DNA of 63,794 bases, the filler included, from Candidatus Coatesbacteria bacterium (GTDB lineage: Bacteria; JAFGND01): the NCBI GenBank assembly GCA_016927185.1. It is 5 parts of 5 records of this genome, joined end to end, with 100 filler letters (N's around TTAATTAATTAA, not from the genome) between each part and the next. Parts side by side here need not be neighbours in the genome. Positions count along the whole stretch, not along the records: positions 23,328 to 44,170 come from JAFGND010000030.1; 4 more parts are not named here. One strand, given 5' to 3'. Of the stretch, positions 29,453 through 39,316 are shown one piece after another (the stretch's first letter is position 1; every line of letters begins with the position of its first letter). The translations under genes were made by a program, and so were the position numbers. The notes beneath the pieces are model-generated. The model was not told the origin of the DNA. It did no database searches and saw nothing but the letters and a program-made list of their open reading frames with translations.

Positions 29453-29794
29453 TTAAATGATTTTACTTGGCTCTGTTGGTTTAGGTGTCTTGACAACCAG
29501 GATTACAAGATCTTCATCCGTATTATTGATAAATCGATGAGGATTTAGTTTAGGACTTTCGATCAAAGTATCTTTAAAGACCTCTGCTTGTTCATCCCCT
29601 ATTTCAACAATACCACTACCAGAAAGGATATAGAAGAATACATCAACTGGAGTTGAGTGCTTTAAGAGGCTCTCCCTGGGTTTCAACCTTAGGTGCATAA
29701 CCTCGACATCTTCAGTTGAGTGAAGCTTTCTTGCTTCTATATCATGTACAGTCTTTATCACTGATGCATCATCAGCTTTCAATAACCTAATCAT
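29453..29794 (-). CDS. Cupin-domain protein
   Basis: LKHSTPVDVFFYILSG...PHRFIN; AAGGAGGT RBS before ATG 29794. Confidence 0.88.
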   Translation of the reverse strand: MIRLLKADDASVIKTVHDIEARKLHSTEDVEVMHLRLKPRESLLKHSTPVDVFFYILSGSGIVEIGDEQAEVFKDTLIESPKLNPHRFINNTDEDLVILVVKTPKPTEPSKII

Positions 29795-29816
29795 GGTTAC
29801 CTCCTTTGTTTGTTTT

Positions 29817-30230
29817 CTATTTAAATACTTCAACTAACGCATCAATTGTTTTATGGGAAAGATATTCATTTAATTCACTGTTGAGGTTAATCAGCATATT
29901 ACCCAGTATACATTTTTCACCATTACAGAGAGGTTTTTCAAACAGGCAATTTAGTTTTTCATATTTGCCCTCTACTGCTTCGAATATATCTATCAGTTTT
30001 ATTTTATTGCTTTTCTTCCCCAACTTAAATCCACCCTGAGGTCCTCGCTGGGATTTTAACAATCCTGATTTTGTCAATATCTGCATAATCTTTGACAAGT
30101 GCCCTTCTGAAGCTTTCAGGGATTTAGCAATCTCTTTTACTGATACTGCTCTATTTTCGTGTGCTGCTATATAAATCATTGCATGAAAAGCAAGTGCTGT
30201 TCCTTCATTGAACTTCAGTATCTTAGCCAT
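29817..30230 (-). CDS. Rrf2-family transcriptional regulator with three C-terminal Cys (Fe-S sensor type)
   Basis: wHTH HLSKIMQIL...SQRGPQGGF; C-x6-C-x4-C. Confidence 0.95.
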   Translation of the reverse strand: MAKILKFNEGTALAFHAMIYIAAHENRAVSVKEIAKSLKASEGHLSKIMQILTKSGLLKSQRGPQGGFKLGKKSNKIKLIDIFEAVEGKYEKLNCLFEKPLCNGEKCILGNMLINLNSELNEYLSHKTIDALVEVFK

Positions 30231-30240
30231 TTGATTCTCC

Positions 30241-30288
30241 TATTTAAATATTTAAATACCGAAATATTATAATTATAAATCCTGTCAA
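30241..30288 (-). promoter_or_regulatory. Candidate promoter and palindromic operator of the rrf2-cupin-hcp-fprA unit
   Basis: TTGACA on the minus strand (30283-30288); TTATAATTATAA palindrome 30267-30278; imperfect palindrome ATTTCGGTATTTAAATATTTAAAT next to the RBS. Confidence 0.4.
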
Positions 30289-30327
30289 GTCTTTTTTTAA
30301 ATTTCTTTATGGAATGATAAATTGGTT

Positions 30328-30370
30328 GGGCAATGATTGACAGTTTTCAATTCTGCCAATCATTATTCCC
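30328..30370 (-). terminator. Long hairpin after the ferritin-like gene
   Basis: GGGCAATGATTGACAG...CTGCCAATCATTATTCCC imperfect inverted repeat. Confidence 0.5.
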
Positions 30371-30398
30371 TGAAAAAATATAAAGTATCAGGTAATAT

Positions 30399-30863
30399 TT
30401 AAATCTGAAGTAATTCCAACAGCTGAATAATATGCCTTATTTCCTCTTTTATAATATGATCTATCTTGTCTTTACCAAAACTTGCTGGCATAACTTCCTT
30501 CATTCCTGAATAAAAAGCTATTGAATCTTTTTCCAATCCAATCGCAATTCTTACAATATCTTCAAATGTGTTTTCTTCAGAAATAATATCCTTGGGTTCA
30601 GTCTCTAAATCAAAAACATAACCACCTGCAATTGCCTTCAAATAGTCTTTTGCTTCGTTATCTAACGTGAAATTAGAAAGCTCGTTTTTCATTGCAGTAA
30701 AAGCTTTCTCATGCTCATCTTCCATCTTGGCTAGTTTCTCAAGCAGGTTTTTTAACATTTCATTCTCAATTATCTTTATTGCCTTTCTGTAGAACGCTGC
30801 TCCGTTCTTTTCTATCTGTATAGCTATTTCGAATATCTCATCAGAATTAAAATATACTGACAT
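30399..30863 (-). CDS. Ferritin-like diiron protein (rubrerythrin-type four-helix bundle, no rubredoxin)
   Basis: AIQIEKNGAAFY, EDEH, AIGLEKDSIAFY, EEIRH. Confidence 0.9.
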   Translation of the reverse strand: MSVYFNSDEIFEIAIQIEKNGAAFYRKAIKIIENEMLKNLLEKLAKMEDEHEKAFTAMKNELSNFTLDNEAKDYLKAIAGGYVFDLETEPKDIISEENTFEDIVRIAIGLEKDSIAFYSGMKEVMPASFGKDKIDHIIKEEIRHIIQLLELLQI

Positions 30864-30874
30864 AAATGTCTCCT

Positions 30875-31222
30875 TTATTTGTTATTAACAAGTTCATCCC
30901 ATGTTTCAAAAGCTCTTCTAATATGGGGAATAGTTATAGAACCTCCCACGATAAGGCTGATTGAAATTGCCTCGCTGATCTCATCACTAGTTACTCCAAT
31001 ACTGAAGCATTCAATCAAGTGATATTGTATACAATCATCACAACGCAGGACTATCGAAGCCACAAGCCCAAGAAGCTCTTTTGTTTTTTTGGGTAATGCA
31101 CCATCCTCATAAACCTGTCTATCAAGACTGAAAAACCTCTTTATATTCTTTTCAGAATAATTCAAGACAATCTCATTCAAACTCAAGCGTTCTTTCTTGA
31201 AAATATCAGTCTTCTTACCCAT
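30875..31222 (-). CDS. Carboxymuconolactone decarboxylase/AhpD-family protein
   Basis: GALPKKTKEL, LRCDDCIQYH, VGGSITIPH. Confidence 0.9.
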   Translation of the reverse strand: MGKKTDIFKKERLSLNEIVLNYSEKNIKRFFSLDRQVYEDGALPKKTKELLGLVASIVLRCDDCIQYHLIECFSIGVTSDEISEAISISLIVGGSITIPHIRRAFETWDELVNNK

Positions 31223-31226
31223 AAGG

Positions 31227-31263
31227 AAAAACCGCTATCAGGAAACTAATAGCGGGTTTTTTT
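31227..31263 (-). terminator. Intrinsic terminator-like hairpin after ferritin
   Basis: AAAAACCGCTAT...ATAGCGGGTTTTTT with A/T tracts on both sides. Confidence 0.65.
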
Positions 31264-31267
31264 ATCA

Positions 31268-31780
31268 TTATTCAGCTGCGGGAGGAGTAAATACTCTTGC
31301 AGCCATCTCTTTGTCCAGCATAAACAATCCACCAGGCTGATCTTTCACCATTGCTAGCTTTTGCAATACTCCATCAAAAGATGATTCTTCTTCAACTTGC
31401 TCAGTAACAAACCAATTCAGGAAAACATCTGAAGCATAATCATTTTCCTCTTTTGCAATTTTGACAAGATTGTTTATTGATGCAGTAACTAATTGTTCAT
31501 GCTTAAATGATTCTTCAAAAACATGCTTGGGAGTTTTCCAGTTCGTAGGTGGGGCATCAATCGCTTTATCAATAAGAACTCTTCCCCTTCTCTCATTTAT
31601 GAAGTTAAAAAATTTCATTGCATGAGTTAGCTCTTCCAATGCCTGAACATTCATCCAGTTTGCAAATCCAGGAAGATTCATTGAATGAAAATATGCTTCC
31701 ATTGAGTAGTAAAGATATGCTGAATAGATTTCCTTGTTTATCTGATCATTCATAGCCCTTAACAGCTTCTTACTTAGCAT
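31268..31780 (-). CDS. ftnA: Non-heme ferritin
   Basis: Start MLSKKL at 31780; [39 protein letters not shown]. Confidence 0.95.
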   Translation of the reverse strand: MLSKKLLRAMNDQINKEIYSAYLYYSMEAYFHSMNLPGFANWMNVQALEELTHAMKFFNFINERRGRVLIDKAIDAPPTNWKTPKHVFEESFKHEQLVTASINNLVKIAKEENDYASDVFLNWFVTEQVEEESSFDGVLQKLAMVKDQPGGLFMLDKEMAARVFTPPAAE

Positions 31781-32165
31781 CTTTTTCTCCTTTCCACAAA
31801 CCATGTATATTACAGTATTCCTTGGCAAATTTCACTTTATCAGGATAACAGAATTTGGCTTCTGGAACATCACCAGGTTTGAAATATTTCCTGATAATCC
31901 TGTCATCTGTTGTTAAAACTTCAATCCATTCTATATAATGCTTTTCTTCCATAGGGTGAGGAACAGATCCAACCTTGACAAGAACTTCATTATCATTCAA
32001 AACTTCAATGACCGGTATATGCTTTTCTTTGCTTGCATCAACAGTATTTTCTATTTTCAAGACCATTGGCTGCCCACAACAAATCATCTGCCCTTGACCC
32101 GCATGAAGCATTTCAACGATGTTTCCACAGATCTCACATTTATATACCTGAAATTTCTCTGTCAT
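31770..32165 (-). CDS. dfx: Desulfoferrodoxin (class I superoxide reductase)
   Basis: [36 protein letters not shown]. Confidence 0.97.
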   Translation of the reverse strand: MTEKFQVYKCEICGNIVEMLHAGQGQMICCGQPMVLKIENTVDASKEKHIPVIEVLNDNEVLVKVGSVPHPMEEKHYIEWIEVLTTDDRIIRKYFKPGDVPEAKFCYPDKVKFAKEYCNIHGLWKGEKDAK

Positions 32166-32178
32166 TTAAACCTCCTTT

Positions 32179-32814
32179 CTAAAGCTTTTTATGGCAAAAC
32201 CACCAATCAAAGCATTCAAATTTCTCGAGTCTTTCTTTGGCTGTCTTTACATCTGAGGCTGGTGGGATTATTGCCCTGTCTCCTATTATTTCATTTTCTG
32301 GCCATCCTGCAGGTAATGCAACTTTATTAGTATCGGAAACCTGAAATCCTTTTACCATTCTTAATATTTCATCCATATTGCGACCAAGTTCCTGGGGATA
32401 ATAGAGCATTGCTCTCATTATTCCCTGGGGATCAACTATAAAAACTGCCCTTACTGTATTAGGTCCTTTTTTCTCATGAATCAAACCTAGTGTCTTGGCA
32501 ATATATCCAAGATCATCAGCAATTATTGGGAATTTTATTTCGACATCCAATTTGTCTTTTATCCATTCTATCCATTTCAAATGAGAAAAAACCTGATCTA
32601 CACTTAAGCCTATCAATTCACAATTCAATTCCGCAAATTTATCTGCTCTTTTCTGGAAGGCAACAAATTCAGTTGTACATACCGGTGTAAAATCACCTGG
32701 ATGGCTGAATAATACAAACCATTTTCCCTTGAAATGCTTTGGTAATTCAAGAACTCCGCAAGTTGTTTTAACGTTTACTTCTGGAAACTTATCACCAATG
32801 AGTGGCATTTCCAT
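32179..32814 (-). CDS. Peroxiredoxin (Prx6-like)
   Basis: [31 protein letters not shown]-terminal CFDWWFC. Confidence 0.95.
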   Translation of the reverse strand: MEMPLIGDKFPEVNVKTTCGVLELPKHFKGKWFVLFSHPGDFTPVCTTEFVAFQKRADKFAELNCELIGLSVDQVFSHLKWIEWIKDKLDVEIKFPIIADDLGYIAKTLGLIHEKKGPNTVRAVFIVDPQGIMRAMLYYPQELGRNMDEILRMVKGFQVSDTNKVALPAGWPENEIIGDRAIIPPASDVKTAKERLEKFECFDWWFCHKKL

Positions 32815-32857
32815 AATATTCCTCCTTTTTTATAAAATTATTAAAACAAATAAATTA

Positions 32858-33433
32858 TTACCAGTTCTCAGCAAGTATCTCGAAATATGCTTGTGGATGT
32901 AAACAGGCAGGGCAAAGTTCAGGTGCTGCATCACCTTCATGAATATACCCACAATTAAGGCATCGCCATTTTATAGGTGCATCCTTCTTGAAAACCTTTG
33001 ATTCCTGAATATTCTTAAGCAAACCAAGATATCTCTTTTCATGATGTTTTTCTGCAACCGATATTGCATTGAATGTCTTGGCTATTCCATCAAAACCTTC
33101 TTCAAATGCTGTTTTTGCGAACTCAGGATACAATACTGTGTATTCATGATGCTCGCCAGCAGCAGCTGCTTTCAAATTATCAATAGTGCATCCAATAACA
33201 CCAGCAGGAAAATCTGCCGTTATTACTACATCTCCTCCTTCAAGAAACTTGAAGAATCTTTTGGCATGCTCTTTCTCCTGATTTGCTGTTTCCTCAAAAA
33301 TCCTTGAAATCTGCTCATAACCTTCTTTTTTGGCAGCACTGGCAAAATAAGTATATCTGTTTCTTGCTTGTGATTCACCGGCAAAAGCTTTCAGCAGATT
33401 CTGTTCAGTTTTTGTACCTTTTATTGAAGCCAT
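32858..33433 (-). CDS. rbr: Rubrerythrin
   Basis: AFAGESQARNRY, EKEHA, GEHHE, EKHH, WRCLNCGY...CPAC. Confidence 0.97.
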   Translation of the reverse strand: MASIKGTKTEQNLLKAFAGESQARNRYTYFASAAKKEGYEQISRIFEETANQEKEHAKRFFKFLEGGDVVITADFPAGVIGCTIDNLKAAAAGEHHEYTVLYPEFAKTAFEEGFDGIAKTFNAISVAEKHHEKRYLGLLKNIQESKVFKKDAPIKWRCLNCGYIHEGDAAPELCPACLHPQAYFEILAENW

Positions 33434-33510
33434 TATTCCTCCTTTATTTTAAATAAACAATTATATCTAATCAAGACATTCTAAATCCTGCTAACATAAA
33501 AATAATAATG

Positions 33511-35013
33511 TTAGCTCTCAAAAAACACTATTCCCTTTACTGTAAATCCACTATTCTCTATTGCTTTTTTCAGTATTTCGTTGTCAAGATTATTTCCTTT
33601 TATTACCACTTCTTTATCTGAAAGATTCACTTCTAATGAAGATACTCCATTGATTTTACCAACTGATTTCCTTATACTTTCTGCACAATGATTACATGTC
33701 ATATCTGGAACTATGATTTTAATTATCTGATTACTCATACTTTCTTCTACCTTGTATACTTTGTATCCCAGATCCTCTATTCCTTGCTTTATAGATTCAA
33801 TATCTATATTGCTTCCTTTAATATAAGCTTTATTGTTCTTTAAGTCAATATCTGTTGAAACTATATTTTTCTGTTTTTCTACTTCTTTTTTTATTGATGC
33901 AGCACAATGAGTGCATTTCATACCACTAATATAAAAAATAGTTGATTTGTCAATATCTGATATATCATTTTTCTTTTTCTTCAGAAATGATCTGCTTCTT
34001 ACGAAACCTATAATTAATATTGATAGGAGAATAACTGCTGATGCTTGTTTTACTACATCAGGAAGCATGAAATTATGGTTCATATGATTATAACTTAAAT
34101 CACCTTTATACTCAATAAATAAGTTCAGTATAGTTCCAGCAATCATTGAAAAAGCAGCAACACTTGCTAGATAAATAACTACTACCCTTTTACCCATTAT
34201 TTTCCAGATTGTACTTATTGCAGCAGCATTTGTAGCAGGTCCGGTCATCAGGAACACAAGAGCTGCCCCAGGAGAAATTCCCTTTATTATTAGAGAAGCA
34301 GCTATTGGAACTGAAGCTGTTGCACATACATAAACAGGTATACCTACTAACATCATTATAATCATTGTAAGGAAATCATTCTTGAAAAGACCGGAAAAAT
34401 AATCATCAGGTACAATAGTTGATATTATTCCAGCTAATATTATCCCAATAAGCATGGCTCTTCCTATATCCCCAGGAAGTACAATGAAACCGTATTTCAA
34501 AGCTTCAAGCAGGTTATTCTTCTTTCTTGCTTCTATGTTACATGAACCATTTTCACAACAATTGTTAATCTCAACTTGCATAGGTAAATCATCAGTCTTT
34601 TTATCAAAAAACCTTACTATCAATCCTCCAAATATTCCACTTAAAAAAGCAACCAAGGGTCTGTAAACAGCAAATAGTCCTCCGAGCATCCCATAAGTAA
34701 CTAGAATGCTGTCTATGCCAGTTTGTGGAGTTGAAAGCAGAAATGAAGTTGTAGCAGCTTTGCTTGCACCGTTCTTTCTCAAGGAAGCAGAGACAGGTAT
34801 CACTCCACATGAACATAGAGGTAAGGGAACTCCTAATAGGGATGCTAAAATTATTGGAATAATACCCTTCCCTCCCAAATGCTTTTCCACTTTTTCCTGG
34901 GATATAAAAACATATAGTATTCCCGCTACAAGAAATCCGAAAAGCAAATAAGGAGACATTTCTGTCAGGACATTCCAAGATTCCATGGAAATATTCAGAA
35001 ACATATTAAACAT
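33511..35013 (-). CDS. SO_0444-like (ArsP family) metal permease with two C-terminal HMA domains
   Basis: PLPLCSCGV, STPQTG, YVCATAS, GPATN; HMA motifs GMKCTHC and DMTCNHC; start uncertain. Confidence 0.9.
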   Translation of the reverse strand: MFNMFLNISMESWNVLTEMSPYLLFGFLVAGILYVFISQEKVEKHLGGKGIIPIILASLLGVPLPLCSCGVIPVSASLRKNGASKAATTSFLLSTPQTGIDSILVTYGMLGGLFAVYRPLVAFLSGIFGGLIVRFFDKKTDDLPMQVEINNCCENGSCNIEARKKNNLLEALKYGFIVLPGDIGRAMLIGIILAGIISTIVPDDYFSGLFKNDFLTMIIMMLVGIPVYVCATASVPIAASLIIKGISPGAALVFLMTGPATNAAAISTIWKIMGKRVVVIYLASVAAFSMIAGTILNLFIEYKGDLSYNHMNHNFMLPDVVKQASAVILLSILIIGFVRSRSFLKKKKNDISDIDKSTIFYISGMKCTHCAASIKKEVEKQKNIVSTDIDLKNNKAYIKGSNIDIESIKQGIEDLGYKVYKVEESMSNQIIKIIVPDMTCNHCAESIRKSVGKINGVSSLEVNLSDKEVVIKGNNLDNEILKKAIENSGFTVKGIVFFES

Positions 35014-35845
35014 ATATCTCCTTATCATCTAATGCAAGGAAATTCTTTAAATCAAGTTCCTTTATTATACCTAATCTAGTAAGGCTAAAATCATATTTTA
35101 CTGGATCTTCAGGTGAAATCTCCCTGAATTTGTTTGTTATGGCTTTAACTGCCTTGAAATTGGGTTGGCAAATTGAAGTAATCTTCAATTTCTGGGAGAT
35201 TCTAAGCATGTGAGTATCAACGGGAACCAGCAACTCTGATTTTGGAATACATGTCCAGCAACCAATATCCACCTCATCTTTTCTCACCATCCATCTCAAG
35301 AATAAATTAAGTCTCTTGAATGCTCCCTGACTTGATGGTGAAGGAATAAGAAACCTGCATTGGGAATCCTTATTAAACTTTAGAGAAAAATCTCTCAGCG
35401 CATTTTCCATACATCCATGTTTTTTTTCATATGAATCCATAAAGCAGTTTTCAAGACTACCATAATGCATTAACATTGACTTAATATTTATAAAGAACTC
35501 TCCAATATCATTACCTGAGGTGAATCTGTGCTTGAAAGTCCTGTTCTTTGCCATTATTATCTTATCTGTAGAATTTTTTAAAAATTCTGATGGTGAATCT
35601 TCTATTTCATATAGTAGTTTTCTTACACTCTTGATTATTTGTTTCATCCGTCCATAAGCAAGAGATGATGCTATCAAGCCTACAACTTCTATGTCTTCTT
35701 TTTTATCATATTGATGAAGGAACTCAAGGGGATCATGATATTCATCTGCTTTTATTGATTCTTCAATTGAATACGGCTTGGTGTAAAGGTATTTCTTCTT
35801 GTTATATCCTTTGTAAATCATTTCAAAAAAAACCTTGTTTAGCAT
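35006..35845 (-). CDS. TIGR02757-family protein (HhH-GPD/endonuclease III-like)
   Basis: DPLEF, LAYGR..QI, FKHRFT, KRLNLFLRWMVR.D.VD.G.W, PVDTH, PEDPVKYDF. Confidence 0.9.
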   Translation of the reverse strand: MLNKVFFEMIYKGYNKKKYLYTKPYSIEESIKADEYHDPLEFLHQYDKKEDIEVVGLIASSLAYGRMKQIIKSVRKLLYEIEDSPSEFLKNSTDKIIMAKNRTFKHRFTSGNDIGEFFINIKSMLMHYGSLENCFMDSYEKKHGCMENALRDFSLKFNKDSQCRFLIPSPSSQGAFKRLNLFLRWMVRKDEVDIGCWTCIPKSELLVPVDTHMLRISQKLKITSICQPNFKAVKAITNKFREISPEDPVKYDFSLTRLGIIKELDLKNFLALDDKEIYV

Positions 35846-36096
35846 ATCTCTCTTTTTTAAATAAAAACCCCATTCTATGCATTAAGAAAAATAACTATTT
35901 ATGAAAATTTGTCAAGTTATCTCAGATATAGACAATAATGCTTTTCTGTCTTAACAATAATTGATTTCTAAGATAATAAAAGAAAGTCATTTTATAATCA
36001 AATGTTTCTTTTGATATTGACAATAGCATGCTTGTTTGGTGCCAGTGACAGTATCAATTTTTTTATCGACATTATTTTGAAACTTGAAAGGTTAAT

Positions 36097-37386
36097 ATGA
36101 GAAAAAAAAGCAAGAAGAAATGGATTTTTATTAGTATCATAATTGTCCTGGTAATTGTAGTGTCGGTTGTTTATTCTATTCAAAAGAGCAAGAAAAAAGG
36201 TGAAGAAGTAATAATAGCAACTGTAAAGAAAAGAGATTTATCTTCTACAGTTAGCGGAACAGGAAAAATAAATCCAGTATCACAAGTAAAAATCTCAACC
36301 AATCTTAATACTCAGATAAAGAAGTTGTATGTAAGAGAAGGTGATATTGTAGAAGCCGGACAAAAACTCGTCAGTCTAGACAGAAAACCTTATATAACTG
36401 CTGTCAGCAGGGCAAGAGCTAATCTTAATTCAGCTCAATCTTCATACAGGAGATCATTGATGGATTACTCCAGAAACAATCAGCTTTTTGCAAGAGGAAT
36501 GGTATCTCAGCAAGTTGTCGATCAATCAAGAGCTGAAATAGAAACAACTGGTTCCAGCGTAGAAGTAGCAAAAGCTAATCTCCAGGATGCTATAAGAAAT
36601 CTTTCTGAAGCAGATATTGTAGCACCAATGTCAGGGATAATAACAGCTTTGAATAAAGAAGAAGGCGAAATGTGCAAAGGTGTTTATAGCGAAGATATAA
36701 TTATGATTATCAGTAAAATGGAAAAAGTAGAAGTTGTACTTGACATAAATGAAAATGATATAATAAACCTCAAGGTAGGTCAATCTGCCTTGATCAAACT
36801 TGATGCTCTTCCAGATACAGTTTTCAACGGAATAGTAAGCAGCATTGCTGAAACAGGAACTGCAAAAGGAACAACAGCTGGAACTTCAACAAGTGCAACA
36901 AGAGATGAAGTGTCTTATTTTGAAGTGAAAGTTGAAGTACTAGAAAAAATTCCAGGACTTAAACCCGGTATGTCAACAGGAGTTGATATCATTACCGAAA
37001 CAAGAAAAAATGTAATATCTGTTCCCATTCAGGCAGTAATTATGCAATCAGCAGAAAAAGATGAAGAGGATATTCAGAAACAAAAAGATGATTCTTCACA
37101 GAAAAAAGAAGGAGACATTACCGAAAAGAAAACTACAGAAAGACTTGCCAAACAAGAAAAATATAAAACAATAATATATCTATATAAAGCAAATCAGGCA
37201 ATTAGCAAGGCAATCAGGACAGGTTTATCAAGTGACATATATATGGAAGTAACAGAAGGTCTGGCTGAAGGAGATACTATAATTACCGGCCCATTCAAGG
37301 TTCTCAGAAAGATTAAAAACAAGGATAATGTATTTATCTATTCTTCAAAGAAAGATCGTGGTAAATCATCCAGGAAAGAAGAATAG
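36097..37386 (+). CDS. Efflux periplasmic adaptor (MacA-like)
   Basis: N-terminal TM; lipoyl-like VREGDIV..GQ.L; APMSG; LKPGMS. Confidence 0.92.
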   Translation: MRKKSKKKWIFISIIIVLVIVVSVVYSIQKSKKKGEEVIIATVKKRDLSSTVSGTGKINPVSQVKISTNLNTQIKKLYVREGDIVEAGQKLVSLDRKPYITAVSRARANLNSAQSSYRRSLMDYSRNNQLFARGMVSQQVVDQSRAEIETTGSSVEVAKANLQDAIRNLSEADIVAPMSGIITALNKEEGEMCKGVYSEDIIMIISKMEKVEVVLDINENDIINLKVGQSALIKLDALPDTVFNGIVSSIAETGTAKGTTAGTSTSATRDEVSYFEVKVEVLEKIPGLKPGMSTGVDIITETRKNVISVPIQAVIMQSAEKDEEDIQKQKDDSSQKKEGDITEKKTTERLAKQEKYKTIIYLYKANQAISKAIRTGLSSDIYMEVTEGLAEGDTIITGPFKVLRKIKNKDNVFIYSSKKDRGKSSRKEE

Positions 37387-37389
37387 TAA

Positions 37390-38091
37390 GTGAGTATTAT
37401 AAGGATTCAGGGAATCACAAAAATATATCAACTAGGAGATGAAGAAGTTCATGCCCTAAGAGGAATAGATCTTGAGATAAATCAAAATGAATATCTTGCG
37501 ATAATGGGACCTTCTGGCTCAGGGAAAAGCACGTTAATGCATATATTAGGCTGTCTTGACGTTCCAACTTCAGGCTTATATGATTTTGAAGGAAGAAATA
37601 TTGCAGAGATGGATGGAAATGAGCTAGCTGAAATAAGAAATCAAAAAATAGGTTTTGTTTTCCAGAATTTCAATCTTCTTTCCCAAAGCTCTGCATATGA
37701 AAATGTTGAGCTACCTCTTGTTTATGCTGGAATGTCCTCAGGCAAGAGAAGTAATAGAGTAATGGAGGTCATTAATCAGGTAGGATTAACCGATAGAGCT
37801 GATCATAAACCCAATCAGCTTTCAGGTGGTCAAAGGCAGAGAGTTGCTATTGCAAGGGCAATGGTAAACAAGCCAAGCATAATCCTGGCAGATGAACCTA
37901 CTGGAAATCTTGATAGCAAGACTAGCTATGAAATAATGAAATTGATAAAAGATATTCATGATTTGGGAAATACAATAATAATGGTTACTCATGAAGAAGA
38001 TATTGCAAGGTTCTGTCACAGGATTGTAAGATTAAGAGATGGCGTGATATTATCAGACACTAAACAAGTTCCTGAAAATGTTCCTGTTTAG
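37390..38091 (+). CDS. ABC transporter ATP-binding subunit (MacB/LolD-like)
   Basis: GPSGSGKST, LSGGQRQR, ILADEPTGNLD, VTH. Confidence 0.97.
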   Translation: MSIIRIQGITKIYQLGDEEVHALRGIDLEINQNEYLAIMGPSGSGKSTLMHILGCLDVPTSGLYDFEGRNIAEMDGNELAEIRNQKIGFVFQNFNLLSQSSAYENVELPLVYAGMSSGKRSNRVMEVINQVGLTDRADHKPNQLSGGQRQRVAIARAMVNKPSIILADEPTGNLDSKTSYEIMKLIKDIHDLGNTIIMVTHEEDIARFCHRIVRLRDGVILSDTKQVPENVPV

Positions 38092-39316
38092 ATTGTTTAA
38101 TAGCGTTAATCTTTCTATACGCTCCCTATTCAGCAATCTAATGCGCTCAGGACTTACTTTACTTGGTATTATAATTGGAGTATCTACTGTTATAGCGGTT
38201 ATTAGCATAGTTAATGGTATGAATGATTATGTTGCTGAGAAAATTGCAGTGATGGGACCTGGAGTTTTCTTTGTAGAAAAATTCGGGATTGTAAGAGGAA
38301 GGGAAGATTGGCTCAAGAGAATGCGCTGGAAAAACCTTTCCATAAATGAATACGAAGCATTATCCAAGCAGATGATGGAAGCAGAGGCTGTAGCTGCAAT
38401 GTTATCAAGATCCAGAAGAATCACTTATAAAGACTTATATATTTCATCAACCTCAGTAAGAGGAGCTACAGCAAATTATCTTAGTGTGTCTGAAATTGCT
38501 GTAGAAGATGGCAGATTTTTCACGGAATTTGAAGAACAAAGAAGAGCTCATATTGTAGTTATCGGATCTGATATCAAGAAAGCCTTATTCGAAGACGTAG
38601 ATCCAATTGATAAAATTATTGATATAGGAGGGGTGAAATATAAAATAATCGGTGTTTTTGAAACAGCAGGATCAGTTCTTGGTAACAGCCAGGATAATTT
38701 CGTTGTTATTCCTTTAAAGACGTATTTAGTATATTATTCAGGACTATATAGAAGAAGCTCATGGACAATAGGCATAAAGATAAAAGATCCAGACAGAATG
38801 TTTGAAGCACAAGAGGAAGCAAGATCAATCTTGAGAAGAGTCAGAAAAATACCTTCAAATAAGGAAGATGATTTCTCATTTATTTCACCTGAAGCAGTAA
38901 TGAATTTCTTCGAGGAGTTTAGCGGGATTGCTTTCATAGTTCTCATTGGTATTTCAAGCATAAGTTTGGTTGTTGGTGGCATTGTGATCATGAATATAAT
39001 GCTTGTAAGTGTTACAGAAAGGACTAAGGAAATTGGTATCAGAAAAGCAATTGGTGCAAAAAGAGGAGATATCTTGATGCAGTTTCTTATTGAATCTGTC
39101 CTTCTAAGCCTATTTGGAGGTTTAGCAGGTGTAATTGCTGGTTACTTGCTGAGTCAGGCAGTTGCACATTTTTCCCCTCTTCCTTCTGCAGTAAAACCAT
39201 GGACAGTTTTTTTAGGAGTAGCTGTTGCGTCAAGTGTGGGACTATTTTTTGGTATTTATCCTGCATGGAAGGCATCAAAGTTAGACCCAATAATTGCATT
39301 ATCATATGAACATTAG
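38078..39316 (+). CDS. ABC permease (MacB/FtsX family)
   Basis: RSGLTLLGIIIGV, VTERTKEIGIRKAIGA, LDPIIAL. Confidence 0.95.
   Translation: MFLFRLFNSVNLSIRSLFSNLMRSGLTLLGIIIGVSTVIAVISIVNGMNDYVAEKIAVMGPGVFFVEKFGIVRGREDWLKRMRWKNLSINEYEALSKQMMEAEAVAAMLSRSRRITYKDLYISSTSVRGATANYLSVSEIAVEDGRFFTEFEEQRRAHIVVIGSDIKKALFEDVDPIDKIIDIGGVKYKIIGVFETAGSVLGNSQDNFVVIPLKTYLVYYSGLYRRSSWTIGIKIKDPDRMFEAQEEARSILRRVRKIPSNKEDDFSFISPEAVMNFFEEFSGIAFIVLIGISSISLVVGGIVIMNIMLVSVTERTKEIGIRKAIGAKRGDILMQFLIESVLLSLFGGLAGVIAGYLLSQAVAHFSPLPSAVKPWTVFLGVAVASSVGLFFGIYPAWKASKLDPIIALSYEH

Noticed and set aside
29443..29496. N-terminal extensions on hcp, ferritin, cupin, panE and EamA in the ORF track
   Set aside because: Internal Met codons with good RBS or family-typical starts give the expected N-termini
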